Below are positions 28,179-38,303 of a DNA stretch of 64,000 nucleotides, in pieces. A program made the position numbers and the translations under genes. Under the pieces are notes generated by a model. That model searched no databases, was not told the DNA's origin, and saw only the letters and a program-made list of their open reading frames with translations. Source of the stretch: an uncultured Planctomycetota bacterium (GTDB lineage: Bacteria > Planctomycetota > Phycisphaerae > Tepidisphaerales > Tepidisphaeraceae); contig CAWJEN010000006.1 of assembly GCA_963841915.1 (NCBI GenBank), forward strand, positions 64,001-128,000, given 5' to 3'. The stretch's first letter is position 1. Every line of letters begins with the position of its first letter.

Positions 28179-30614
28179 ATGGACTTTCTCGCCTCGATCT
28201 CCTGGCTCATCCCGTTGCTTCCGCTGCTCGCAGCGGCGGTTGCCGGGTTCGCAGGCAAGCGTCTGCTGCGCGGCCGAAGCCACTGGCCTATCTGGATCGG
28301 CGTCGGCTCGTCGGCCGTCCTGTCGCTGGCGATCCTCTTCTCGATGCTCGGCGCGTCGACCAACGAGACCGTCGCCTTCAGCCAGGCTTACCAAGACACG
28401 GTTCATGGCAAGCCCGAGATCCTGCTCGCCGGTGACGGCGAGCACGACGAAGATCACGGTGAAGCAAACGAGGTCGCGGCTGATCACGACGTAGAATCCG
28501 GTCACGGCCCCGACGGTGACGTCAAGCTGTTCACCAGCACGTGGTTCACCTGGATCGCGGCCGGTGAGGCCAGTGACCGCAACGTCCCGCCGGCCCTATC
28601 CGCAGGCGAATCGGTGTTGCTCAACAGCTCCCGCTCGGCCGCCGGTGCGACGACCGGGCTGCCGACGCGTGAGACGAGCGGCTACTTCGAGGTCATGGCA
28701 GGCACGCTGCTCGACCCGCTGTCAGCGGTCATGCTCAGCGTTGTCTGCGGCATCGGCTTCCTCATCACCGTCTTCGCCGCCGGTTACATGAAGGGCGAGA
28801 CGGGGTACTGGCGGTTTTTTGCCTACCTGGGCCTGTTCATCTTTGCGATGACGAACCTGGTGATGGGCGAGAACCTCATCATGCTCTACCTCGGCTGGGA
28901 GGGCGTGGGTCTGTGTTCGTACCTGCTGATTGGCTACTACTACGAGAAGCCCGCCGCCCGTGAGGCCGCCAAGAAGGCGTTCCTCGTCAACCGCGTCGGT
29001 GACTTCGGCTTTGCCATCGGCATCATGCTCATCTGGTGGTGCTACGGCACCGTGAGCTACTTCGGCGAAGGCGGCGTCATCGGTGACGGCTTCGTCGAGA
29101 TGGCGACAAACTACAAAGCGTACGTTCCCCTCGATCGGCAGTGGGCGATCCCTTATATCCCGTTCGCTCTGATGCTCGGAGCGTTCGGCAAGAGTGCCCA
29201 GTTCCCGCTGTACGTCTGGCTGCCCGACGCCATGGAAGGCCCAACGCCCGTGTCGGCCCTCATCCACGCCGCCACGATGGTCACGGCCGGTGTCTACATG
29301 ATCGCTCGGCTCAACCCGATCTTCGCCGGCAGCTCTGCCGCGTTGACAACGATCACCGTCGTCGGCACGTTCACCGCCCTGTTCGCCGCGACCATCGCCC
29401 TTCGGCAGTTCGACCTTAAGAAGGTCTTCGCCTACTCGACGGTCTCGCAGCTCGGCTACATGTTCGTCGCCGTCGGTGTGCTCGCTCCGATGGCCGGCGT
29501 GTTCCACCTCGTCACGCACGCCTTCTTCAAGGCACTGCTGTTCCTCTCGAGCGGCGTCGTCATGCACGCCATGCTCGGCCACCTCGACATGCGGAAGATG
29601 TCGGGCCTCAAGACCGTCCTGCCCAAGACACGCTGGCTCATGCTCGCCGGTTGCCTGTGCCTGGCCGGCTTCCCGCTCACCAGCGGATTCTTCTCGAAGG
29701 ACGAGATCATCCACTTCGCCCACATCCATACGGCAGGCGATTGGGTCGGCTATCTGCTGTGGTTCGTGCTGCTACTGACCGCCTTCATGACGGCGTACTA
29801 CACGTTCCGCCTGTACTTCCGCGTCTTCGAAGGCCCAACGGTCGTACCGACGACGCCGGCCCCGGGGCATCATCACGACGACCACGCCTCAGACGCGCAC
29901 GCCCCCCACGGCCACACCAGTGCGTCTGCCGTTCACGAGGACGACACAGTTGAGAGCGGCGTCGACGCGCCGCACGGGCATGACGCTTCTGGTCACGGCC
30001 ACCACGACCACGAACCGCCGGTCATGATCCTGCCGCTGACGGTGCTGGCGGTCGGCGCCCTCATCGCCGGGTTCTTCCAGTTCCCGTTCCACTTCCTCGG
30101 CAGCTTCCTGGGCGACTCGGCGAGCTTCGTCACCGGCTGGGACGTCGCCGTCCAGACGTTCGGCAACAACACCGTCTACCCCGTCGGCGGTGCGTACGGC
30201 TACGAACTGCACGGCTTCTGGGGCTACATCTGGAGCGTCCTGCCCGGTCTCGTCACCGGCACGATCATCGCCTTGGCAGGCATCGGGCTCGCCTGGTTCC
30301 TGCACCTTAAGCACCGCGACAAAGCCGTCGGCCTCGCCCACACGCTGCGGCCGTTTGCAAGCCTGCTTGAGGGCAAGTACTTCGTCGACGAGATTTACGA
30401 TGCGGTCATCGTCACGCCGCTCCGCGTGCTGGGCAAGATCCTGGCCGGCATCGACCGGTTCCTGATCGATGGCCTCGTCTCCCTTGCCGGGTTCCTGCCG
30501 TGGGTGGGCGGTGCGGGTCTACGCATCGGGACGCAGCGTGGTGCTTTGCAGGGCTATGCCGTCGGCATGCTGCTGGGCGTTGCCGTTCTCGTCGCCGTAG
30601 TTGCTCTGCTCTAA
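28179..30614 (+). CDS. nuoL: NADH-quinone oxidoreductase subunit L
   Basis: GWEGVGLCSYLLIG, KSAQFPLYVWLPDAMEGPTPVSALIHAATMVTAG, HAFFKALLFL. Confidence 0.97.
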   Translation: MDFLASISWLIPLLPLLAAAVAGFAGKRLLRGRSHWPIWIGVGSSAVLSLAILFSMLGASTNETVAFSQAYQDTVHGKPEILLAGDGEHDEDHGEANEVAADHDVESGHGPDGDVKLFTSTWFTWIAAGEASDRNVPPALSAGESVLLNSSRSAAGATTGLPTRETSGYFEVMAGTLLDPLSAVMLSVVCGIGFLITVFAAGYMKGETGYWRFFAYLGLFIFAMTNLVMGENLIMLYLGWEGVGLCSYLLIGYYYEKPAAREAAKKAFLVNRVGDFGFAIGIMLIWWCYGTVSYFGEGGVIGDGFVEMATNYKAYVPLDRQWAIPYIPFALMLGAFGKSAQFPLYVWLPDAMEGPTPVSALIHAATMVTAGVYMIARLNPIFAGSSAALTTITVVGTFTALFAATIALRQFDLKKVFAYSTVSQLGYMFVAVGVLAPMAGVFHLVTHAFFKALLFLSSGVVMHAMLGHLDMRKMSGLKTVLPKTRWLMLAGCLCLAGFPLTSGFFSKDEIIHFAHIHTAGDWVGYLLWFVLLLTAFMTAYYTFRLYFRVFEGPTVVPTTPAPGHHHDDHASDAHAPHGHTSASAVHEDDTVESGVDAPHGHDASGHGHHDHEPPVMILPLTVLAVGALIAGFFQFPFHFLGSFLGDSASFVTGWDVAVQTFGNNTVYPVGGAYGYELHGFWGYIWSVLPGLVTGTIIALAGIGLAWFLHLKHRDKAVGLAHTLRPFASLLEGKYFVDEIYDAVIVTPLRVLGKILAGIDRFLIDGLVSLAGFLPWVGGAGLRIGTQRGALQGYAVGMLLGVAVLVAVVALL

Positions 30615-30658
30615 GTTGTCCTGAATCGACAGTTGTCCCGAACCGACTGACCTAGCCG

Positions 30659-32254
30659 ATGCTCCTGCTCACGCTCATTCTCCTGCCGGCTTTGGCCGCC
30701 GCGGCCATCCTGCTCGCCCCGGCGACGATGGCCCGCGTCATCGCCTTCGGCTTCTCGATCGTCGAGCTGGTCCTGGCCCTGCTGTTCCTCGGCGTCGGCC
30801 TGCGCAACGGCCAGGTCGAGCCGTACGCGCCCGAGGCCCTGCAAGTCGCCAGCCTCGGCCTGGGCGTCAAGCTCGGGCTCTCTGCCACCGGTTATTGGCT
30901 CGTCCTGCTGACCGCCATCCTCACGCCGCTGATGCTGCTCAGTTCGTGGGACAGCAAGCTCCCGAGCCAGAAGGGCTACTACTTCTGGCTGACGCTGCTC
31001 GTCACGCCGATGGTCGGCACGTTCCTGGCCCGCGACGCGATCCTCTTCTACGTCTTTTTCGAGCTGACGCTCGTGCCGATGTTCTTCCTCATCGGCATCT
31101 GGGGCGGCCAGGACCGCGCCTACGCCGCTAAGAAGTTCTTCCTGTACACGTTCGTCGGTGGCGTCTTTACGCTGGCCGCCCTGCTGTTCGTCGGCATCAA
31201 CGCCGGCACCTTCGACCTGGCGACGATGACGGTGTGGGCCCAGACGCACGTCACCGACCCGACGACGAAGGTGCTGCTCTTCTGTGCCCTGTTTGCCGGT
31301 TTTGCCGTCAAGATCCCGCTCTTCCCGGTCCACACCTGGCTGCCGCTGGCCCACACCGTTGCCCCGACGGCCGGCAGCGTCATCCTTGCCGGCGTGCTGC
31401 TCAAGCTCGGCACCTACGGCCTGCTCGTCGTCGTCATTCCGCTGGGCCTCATCTCGACCGGCGGGCTCATGCCCGTGATGTCAGGCACCGTCGTTCCCGT
31501 CGTGGCCGTCCTGGCGATCATCGGCATCATCTACGGCGCACTCGTCGCCTGGGTGCAGACCGACGTCAAGAAGCTCGTGGCCTACTCGTCGGTTAGCCAC
31601 CTCGGCTTCTGCGTGTTGGGCCTCATCGCCCTCAACGACGTCGGCATGCAGGGCAGCGTCTTCTACATGATCAACCACGGCATCAGCACAGGGGCCCTGT
31701 TCCTGATGATCGGCATGATCTACGACCGCTTCCACACGCGCGAGTTCGCCGACTACAGCGGCCTGGGCAGCGTGATGCCGGTCTTCAGCTTCTTCCTCGT
31801 GCTGTTCACGATGAGCTCGATCGGCCTGCCCGGCACGAACGGCTTTGTCAGTGAGTTCCTCACGATTCTCGGCGCCTTCACCAGCGACCACCTCGGCCCG
31901 ATCTACGGCATCTTCGCCACGCTGGGTGTCGTGCTGGGTGCGATCTACATGCTCCACATGGTCGCCCGCCTGATCTTCGGCCCGCTCAAGGTGCCCGGCC
32001 ACGGCAACACCGACGAGCACAGCCACGACGACCACGCCCCGACATCGCACCGCGGCCTCGATCTCAACCCACGCGAGGTGGCCATCCTCACGCCGCTTGC
32101 GGTTTTGGTCATCGTGCTGGGTGTCTTTCCAACGCCTGTGCTTCAAAGCGTGCTGGATGACGTGAAGCAGGCCCGTGCCCCGCTGGGTGACAGCCAGATC
32201 GTCATCATCGGCGACGACGTCGCTGCGTTGTCGAACGCTGCCATTGCCGACTAG
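30659..32254 (+). CDS. nuoM: NADH-quinone oxidoreductase subunit M
   Basis: FYVFFELTLVPM, KIPLFPVHTWLP, LLKLGTYG, AYSSVSHLG, GLPGTNGFVSEF. Confidence 0.97.
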   Translation: MLLLTLILLPALAAAAILLAPATMARVIAFGFSIVELVLALLFLGVGLRNGQVEPYAPEALQVASLGLGVKLGLSATGYWLVLLTAILTPLMLLSSWDSKLPSQKGYYFWLTLLVTPMVGTFLARDAILFYVFFELTLVPMFFLIGIWGGQDRAYAAKKFFLYTFVGGVFTLAALLFVGINAGTFDLATMTVWAQTHVTDPTTKVLLFCALFAGFAVKIPLFPVHTWLPLAHTVAPTAGSVILAGVLLKLGTYGLLVVVIPLGLISTGGLMPVMSGTVVPVVAVLAIIGIIYGALVAWVQTDVKKLVAYSSVSHLGFCVLGLIALNDVGMQGSVFYMINHGISTGALFLMIGMIYDRFHTREFADYSGLGSVMPVFSFFLVLFTMSSIGLPGTNGFVSEFLTILGAFTSDHLGPIYGIFATLGVVLGAIYMLHMVARLIFGPLKVPGHGNTDEHSHDDHAPTSHRGLDLNPREVAILTPLAVLVIVLGVFPTPVLQSVLDDVKQARAPLGDSQIVIIGDDVAALSNAAIAD

Positions 32255-32263
32255 CCACCACGC

Positions 32264-32305
32264 GCCGCCCGATCTGACACTGCCGCCCGACCTGACACTG
32301 CCGCC
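32264..32305 (+). repeat. 18-bp tandem repeat in the nuoM-nuoN spacer
   Basis: GCCGCCCGATCTGACACT / GCCGCCCGACCTGACACT / GCCGCC. Confidence 0.85.
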
Positions 32306-32340
32306 GATTCCGCCGACGCACCTTCGCCCGACCGCTTCTC

Positions 32341-34095
32341 ATGGAACTGTTTTCGCTTCTCCTGCCCGAGATCGTCGTCGTCCTGACGTCGCTGGTGCTG
32401 TTCCTGTTCGGCGTCGTGAAGTCGAGCACCGTGCGCACGGTCGTGCCGTGGGTGGCCTTAGCCGGACTTGTCACTGCGGGCATTATCGCGACCTTCGCCA
32501 GCCCGTACGGCGGCGGCGACTTCACCGGGGCCGTCGTCGGTGATGCACTGGCCAACTACAGCAAAGTCCTCGTCTGCGTCGTCGGTGTCATCCTGCTCCT
32601 GCTCTGCTGGCCGACGCAGCAAGACGGCGGCGGTAACGTCGCGTTGCACTACGGCCTTGATGCCGCCGAATTCTTCGGCCTCGTGCTGCTGAGCCTGTGC
32701 GGCGTCATGCTCGTCGCCGGTGCCGATGACACGATGCTCCTGTTCATGGGCATCGAGCTGGCCAGCATTCCGACCTATGTGCTGGTTGTCATGGGACGGC
32801 CTTTGGCCAAGTCGCAGGAAGCGGGCCTCAAGTATTTCTACCTCGGCGCGATGGCCGCCGCGGTGTTGCTGCTCGGATTTGCCTACCTCTACGGCGTGAC
32901 GGGCACCACCAACCTCACCGACTCTGCGGCCATTCTCGCCGGTGGCGAGGGTGCCCTCGGCGGCATCCTGGTCGGTAGCACCTGGAAGACGTTGGCGCTG
33001 ATCCTGCTCGTACTCGGTCTGTGCTTCAAGCTCGCCGCCTTCCCGCTGCACTTCTACGCCGGCGACGTCTACACCGGTGCCGCCACGCCGGTCACGGCCA
33101 TCTTGAGCTTCGTGCCCAAAGCGACCGGCATCCTGGCCCTCGTCAAGCTGTTGCTCGTCGCCGGTGCCGGCACGGCAGCAGGCGTTTCGCCCATCGTCTG
33201 GCACACGCTGCTCGTCATCAGCATTGTGACCATGTTCGTCGGCAACATGATGGCCCTGCTGACCGAGAACCTCAAGCGGGTCATGGCCTACAGCTCGATC
33301 GCCCACAGCGGTTACATGCTCGCAGCCCTGACCGCGTTGGCCGCGGCAGGTAACGTCACGGGTGGCCACTCTTCCATCGTGGCGTTGGCCATCACGGCTG
33401 TGCTGGTCTACCTCGCCGCCTACGGCGTCATGAACGCCGGCATCTTCGGCGTGCTCATGATGCTGCCGACCCGCGAACGCGTCGTCGATGCTGCAGGCGA
33501 AGTCTTCCGCCCGCCGGCGACCAGTGCCGAGACCTACGCAGAAATTCGCGGCGTCGGTCGCCGTCACCCGACGCTCGTCGTCGCCATGGCGATCTGCTGC
33601 ATCAGCCTCATTGGCATCCCGCTGACCGTCGGCTTCATCGGCAAGCTGTATATCTTCCAGCCGGCCGTCAAACTGGCACAGGACGCAAGCAACGGCAGCT
33701 CGCGCCTGCTGATGTGGGTGCTCATCGGCTCCATCGCCGTCAACGCCGCCATCGCCGCCGCCTACTACTTGCGGATCATCTCCGAGATGGTGCTGGGCAA
33801 GAGCCCTGAAGAGGAAGACGCCGACGCAGACGGCCAGCCGTACGAATCGGCACCGGCCCCGCGTCAGCCGTGGCCCGTGTTGGCGGCAACCGGTCTCAGC
33901 GCCGGTGGCGCGTTGTTCCTTGGTGGCATCGCACCGCAGACGCTGCAAGGCCTCACCAACGCAGCCGAAGTCGCCGCCCGCTCCGCCAGTGCCCGCTACG
34001 CCAGCAGCGACGATGTAGAAATGCAGTTGCTCGAGCGCGACATCGTCACGCCGACCGCAACGTTCGACCCGGACGTGCTCGAACTCGACAACTAG
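32341..34095 (+). CDS. nuoN: NADH-quinone oxidoreductase subunit N
   Basis: EAGLKYF, FKLAAFPLHFY, KRVMAYSSIAHSGY, GIPLTVGFIGK, YYLRII. Confidence 0.96.
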   Translation: MELFSLLLPEIVVVLTSLVLFLFGVVKSSTVRTVVPWVALAGLVTAGIIATFASPYGGGDFTGAVVGDALANYSKVLVCVVGVILLLLCWPTQQDGGGNVALHYGLDAAEFFGLVLLSLCGVMLVAGADDTMLLFMGIELASIPTYVLVVMGRPLAKSQEAGLKYFYLGAMAAAVLLLGFAYLYGVTGTTNLTDSAAILAGGEGALGGILVGSTWKTLALILLVLGLCFKLAAFPLHFYAGDVYTGAATPVTAILSFVPKATGILALVKLLLVAGAGTAAGVSPIVWHTLLVISIVTMFVGNMMALLTENLKRVMAYSSIAHSGYMLAALTALAAAGNVTGGHSSIVALAITAVLVYLAAYGVMNAGIFGVLMMLPTRERVVDAAGEVFRPPATSAETYAEIRGVGRRHPTLVVAMAICCISLIGIPLTVGFIGKLYIFQPAVKLAQDASNGSSRLLMWVLIGSIAVNAAIAAAYYLRIISEMVLGKSPEEEDADADGQPYESAPAPRQPWPVLAATGLSAGGALFLGGIAPQTLQGLTNAAEVAARSASARYASSDDVEMQLLERDIVTPTATFDPDVLELDN

Positions 34096-34129
34096 CAGCC
34101 GCTGCATCGGCGGCCGAGATTCAAGGGCC

Positions 34130-35191
34130 ATGCGGATCGCGCTCGTCATCCTCCACGGCGATCCGCGTCGAGGCGGGGCCGAGCGGTACACGCACAATCT
34201 GGCGTCCTCGCTCCGCAAGCGCGATCACGAGCCGGTCGTCATCGCCTCGTCGGCACCGGCCGATGTCGTCGTCGCCGCCACCGGGTCAAGCCGCTCGCGG
34301 CGGTACAGCTCGTTCTGCGAATCTGTCGCCGCCTACCTGCGCGATCAGCCGTTTGATCTGGTGCACGCGATGCTTCCGCTGGAGCGTGTGACAGCCGACT
34401 TGTACCACCCGCACGCTGGCATGGCGGGTCAGCGGAGCGGGTGGTTGTCATGGTGGACAAACCCGCGTCGCCGCCGATTTGCCGCCGCCGAGGCGGTTCA
34501 CGCCGCCGACCCGCAGACGACGTTCGTCACGCTGTCCGACTACGTCGCCGGCCTGACCCGCCGCATCTACCCGACGCTTCCGGCCACACGCGTTCGGCGG
34601 ATCTTCAACGCCGTCGATATCGACCACTTCAAGCTTGACGGTCCGCGGATCGACCTCGGAAGCGGCCCCGTCGTGCTGTTCGTCGGCAATGACTGGCGTC
34701 GCAAGGGGCTTGGCGACGTGTTGAAGGCAGTCGCTGCGACCGATGCACGACTGGCCGTCGCCGGTGTTGATCGGCCGCGAGTGATGACAGCTCATCGCAA
34801 GATCGCAACGTCGCTCGGCCTGGGCGAACGCGTCCTTTGGCTCGGCCGTCGAGACGATGCAGACATGCTTTACCGTTCTGCCGACGTATTCTGCCACGCG
34901 TCGCGACACGACCCGTGCTCCCTGGCGACGCTGGAGGCTCTTGCCAGCGGCCTGCCGGTGGTTGGCACCGCCACAGATGGTGCGACGGAGGCGATGGCGG
35001 TGCCGACGCACGGCCGCATCGCCACCCCGGCGACGCTACCCCAAGTGCTACAGGACGTGCTGGACACAAAGACGCTGAAGGCGATGAAGGTGGCGGTTCC
35101 TGATCTGCGCCCGAGCCTCGCTTGGCCGCGTCACGTGGATGCGGTCGTCGACCTCTACCACGAAATTTATCAGCGACGCTCGACGACGTAG
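34130..35191 (+). CDS. Glycosyltransferase family 4
   Basis: GGAERY, FVGNDWRRKG, DPCSLATLEALASGLPVV. Confidence 0.9.
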   Translation: MRIALVILHGDPRRGGAERYTHNLASSLRKRDHEPVVIASSAPADVVVAATGSSRSRRYSSFCESVAAYLRDQPFDLVHAMLPLERVTADLYHPHAGMAGQRSGWLSWWTNPRRRRFAAAEAVHAADPQTTFVTLSDYVAGLTRRIYPTLPATRVRRIFNAVDIDHFKLDGPRIDLGSGPVVLFVGNDWRRKGLGDVLKAVAATDARLAVAGVDRPRVMTAHRKIATSLGLGERVLWLGRRDDADMLYRSADVFCHASRHDPCSLATLEALASGLPVVGTATDGATEAMAVPTHGRIATPATLPQVLQDVLDTKTLKAMKVAVPDLRPSLAWPRHVDAVVDLYHEIYQRRSTT

Positions 35192-35238
35192 CTCGTCGCC
35201 GCACCTGCCTCATCGACGGCAACGCCAACTGCGGCGAC

Positions 35239-35279
35239 TTGACACGCGGGCGATGCTGTGCGATATTTGGAACAGTTCA
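35239..35279 (+). promoter_or_regulatory. Putative sigma70 promoter of the LacI gene, with a possible operator
   Basis: TTGACA, 17 nt ending TGC, then GATATT; followed by the imperfect palindrome TGGAACAGTTCA. Confidence 0.5.
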
Positions 35280-35326
35280 TCAGGCGTTCACGCTCGTCTT
35301 TCGCCTCGTCCCGTTCGCCCCGCACC

Positions 35327-36349
35327 ATGGCCACCGTCCGCCAAATCGCTGCAGATGCCGGCGTCTCCGTCGGTACCGTGTCCCGCGTCCTCAATAACTC
35401 GGCGAGTGTCAGCGCCGCCTCGCGGCAAAAAGTGCTTCGCGTGGTCGAAATGACCAAGTACGTCAACCCGGTCGTGACGCGACGCACGCTCAAGACGGTT
35501 GCCCTCGTTGCCACCGGTGGCCCTAGTCCGCTTGGCGGGCCTTACGACCTCGCGCTCGTGCAGGGGATTCACGAGGGGTTGGCGGGGCACGATTACAACC
35601 TGATGCTGCTCGATCTGCAGCGAAACCACGAGCGCGGCGAGACGTACGGCCAAACGCTGTCTCGACTCAACATCGGCGGCGCGTTGCTCCGCACCACGGC
35701 TGCGACGTCAAGGGTTGTCGAGGAAATCGCAGACGGCCCGGTGCCTGCCGTCGTCATTGCCGATACCGCCGCGTCGGGCAGGGTGCCCAGCGTCACGTGT
35801 TCGAGCGATCACGCGACGCAGCAGGCGATCAGTCACTTAGCCGGCCTGGGGCACAAGCGGATCGCCGTCACGCTCAACGTTGTGATGGATTTCGACCACA
35901 TGCAGCGGTTCGAGCAGTGGAAGGCCGGCATGATCACCTGCGGGCTTGAGCCTGCGTCGGACCTGATCATGAAGGTGCCCGCCCAGCGGGACGCCGGAGC
36001 CACCGCGTTGCGTCAGATTCTGGCGATGAAAGATCGGCCCACCGCCGTCTTCGCCGCCGACCCACACACAGCCGCCGGCATCCTGCAGGAAGCGCTTCGA
36101 CTCAATGTTGACATTCCCGGCGAGCTCAGCGTCGTCGGCTTCGACGATACCGACCTGCGACTGGGCGTGTATCCAAGACTTTCCGCCATTTGCCAAGACG
36201 CCGTCCGGCTCGGCCGCGACGCCTTTGCCCTGCTCGAACAGCTCATGCACGCCGACGAAGGATCGACGATTCCGATCGTCGATCATCGGCTGGAGTGCTG
36301 GTTCGAGCCTCATCACTCCACGGCTCCGCCACATCAGACGAGCGACTGA
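35327..36349 (+). CDS. LacI-family transcriptional regulator
   Basis: MATVRQIAADAGVSVGTVSRVLN, LGHKRIA, PTAVFA, IPGELSVVGFDD. Confidence 0.95.
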   Translation: MATVRQIAADAGVSVGTVSRVLNNSASVSAASRQKVLRVVEMTKYVNPVVTRRTLKTVALVATGGPSPLGGPYDLALVQGIHEGLAGHDYNLMLLDLQRNHERGETYGQTLSRLNIGGALLRTTAATSRVVEEIADGPVPAVVIADTAASGRVPSVTCSSDHATQQAISHLAGLGHKRIAVTLNVVMDFDHMQRFEQWKAGMITCGLEPASDLIMKVPAQRDAGATALRQILAMKDRPTAVFAADPHTAAGILQEALRLNVDIPGELSVVGFDDTDLRLGVYPRLSAICQDAVRLGRDAFALLEQLMHADEGSTIPIVDHRLECWFEPHHSTAPPHQTSD

Positions 36350-36411
36350 TTGAACTTCCCTGCTGTTCGTCGGTTTCGTCATTTTTTACGATTGTTCCTG
36401 AGGAGAACCCC

Positions 36412-38220
36412 ATGTTCCGTTCCACCACTGCCGCCCTGTCGATCGCGCTTGCCGCGGCCATGGCGTCTCCCACGCACGCCACCGAGCCCGTCACCATCGA
36501 GCGCGACAACGGCTCCATCGCCCTGATGCGCGACGGCAAGTCCTTCCGCTTCAAAGGAGCCGGCGGCAGCGGTGACTACGAACTGCTCGCCCAGGCCGGT
36601 GGCAACGCGATTCGCACCTGGGGCATCGGTCCCGAGACCCGGCAAGTGCTCGACGACGCCCATGAGAACGGTCTCGTCGTTGTCTTCGGCATCTGGCTGC
36701 GCCACGAGCGGAAGGGCTTCGACTACAACGACGCAGAAGCCGTCGCCGCCCAACTCGAAGAAGCTCGCGACATTGTTGAGACGTGGAAGGACCACCCGGC
36801 CATCGTTGCCTGGAGCATCGGCAACGAGATGGAGGGCTACGAGGACGCCAACAATGCCGCCGTCTGGTCGCACGTCCAGTCGATCGCTGGCATTGTCAAA
36901 GACATCGACCCCGACCGCCCGACGATGACCGTGACGGCAGAGGTCGGTGGCGGTCGCGTGCCCAACATCCACCGGCTTTGCCCGGACATCGACATCGTCG
37001 GCATCAACAGCTACGGCGGCGCAAGCTCGTTGCCGGAGCGATACCCGGCTCTCGTGCCAGACGGTTACGAGCCCAAGCCCTACGTCGTCACGGAGTACGG
37101 ACCGGCCGGCACGTGGGAGGTGCCGATGAACGCGTTCGACGTGCCCGAGGAACAGACCAGCACCCAAAAGGCTGCCGTCTACAAAAGCGTGTACGAAACG
37201 CTCGAGGCTGACAAGGACCTTTGCCTCGGGTCATTCGCCTTCACCTGGGGCTCCAAGCGGGAGGCGACCAGCACCTGGTTCGGCCTCTTCACCAGCACCG
37301 GTGAGAAAGTCAGCGGCGTCGACGCATTGGCCGATGCCTGGGGCGGCAGCGTCGACAACCGTGCCCCGAACATGGAGCCACTCAGCGTCGACCGCCAGAG
37401 TGCTGAGGGCGGTACGAAGCTCAGCGTCACGACGAGCGTCACCGACCCGGAGAACGACTCGCTCGAGACCGAGTGGGTCCTGTCGGCAGAACAGCCGACC
37501 TACTTCACAGGTGGTGACACGCAGGCAGAGACGCCCAGTTATCCCGAGGCCATCACCGACCAACGTGTGGACGGCTGCACGATCACGCTGCCTGAGCAGC
37601 CGGGAATCTACCGCCTGTACGCCGTCGTTCGCGACGGCAACGGGTCGGCGGCCACCGCGTCGCTGCCGTTACGCGTCGAGGGTAAAGCCGGTGACATGGA
37701 ACGGGCCGTCGAAGGCGCGGCCAAGGTCACGTTGCCGCTCGTGCTCGTCGGTGACGAAGCCAAGCAGGCCTACATCCCCAGCGGCTACATCGGCGACCAC
37801 GCGAGCATCAAGTACGACCCGGCCGACGCCACCGACCCGCAGGCCGGCAAGACGGCAAGTCGCCTGGACTTCAACGCCAGCGCAGGCTGGGGCGGCATCG
37901 TCTGGCAGAGCCCGCCCAACGACTGGGGCGACGTCGACGGTGGCTACGACCTGTCAAACGCAAAAAGGCTCCGCTTCTGGGCACGCGGCGCAGAAGGTGG
38001 CGAAAACATCTCCTTCGGTTTCGGCGGCATCGGCCGTGACAAGCCGTTCTTCGACACGGCCGACGTCATCATGCCGTTCACGCTGACGAAGCAGTGGAAG
38101 CAGTACGAGATCGACCTCGCCGGCCAGGACATGAGCCGCATCAAGAGCGGCTTCCGCTGGACCGGCGCTGCCGACGGCAAGCCATTCGCGTTCTACCTTG
38201 ATGAGGTGCGATACGAGTGA
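36412..38220 (+). CDS. Secreted clan GH-A glycoside hydrolase (GH2-like TIM barrel) with an Ig-like module and a C-terminal CBM-like domain
   Basis: AGGAG RBS, signal peptide, NAIRTW, WSIGNE (acid/base), VTEYG (nucleophile), YDLS...LRFWARG. Confidence 0.8.
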   Translation: MFRSTTAALSIALAAAMASPTHATEPVTIERDNGSIALMRDGKSFRFKGAGGSGDYELLAQAGGNAIRTWGIGPETRQVLDDAHENGLVVVFGIWLRHERKGFDYNDAEAVAAQLEEARDIVETWKDHPAIVAWSIGNEMEGYEDANNAAVWSHVQSIAGIVKDIDPDRPTMTVTAEVGGGRVPNIHRLCPDIDIVGINSYGGASSLPERYPALVPDGYEPKPYVVTEYGPAGTWEVPMNAFDVPEEQTSTQKAAVYKSVYETLEADKDLCLGSFAFTWGSKREATSTWFGLFTSTGEKVSGVDALADAWGGSVDNRAPNMEPLSVDRQSAEGGTKLSVTTSVTDPENDSLETEWVLSAEQPTYFTGGDTQAETPSYPEAITDQRVDGCTITLPEQPGIYRLYAVVRDGNGSAATASLPLRVEGKAGDMERAVEGAAKVTLPLVLVGDEAKQAYIPSGYIGDHASIKYDPADATDPQAGKTASRLDFNASAGWGGIVWQSPPNDWGDVDGGYDLSNAKRLRFWARGAEGGENISFGFGGIGRDKPFFDTADVIMPFTLTKQWKQYEIDLAGQDMSRIKSGFRWTGAADGKPFAFYLDEVRYE

Positions 38221-38303
38221 GCCGGATCTGACGTGTGTAACAAGAACTTCCCGCGCGGGGCGCCGGGCAGTTTTACGTTTGGCCCGATCCGACGGAGACA
38301 GAC

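Noticed and set aside
26691..34218. Long minus-strand ORFs (604, 335 and 586 aa) over the nuo genes
   Set aside because: Antisense shadows of well-supported genes.
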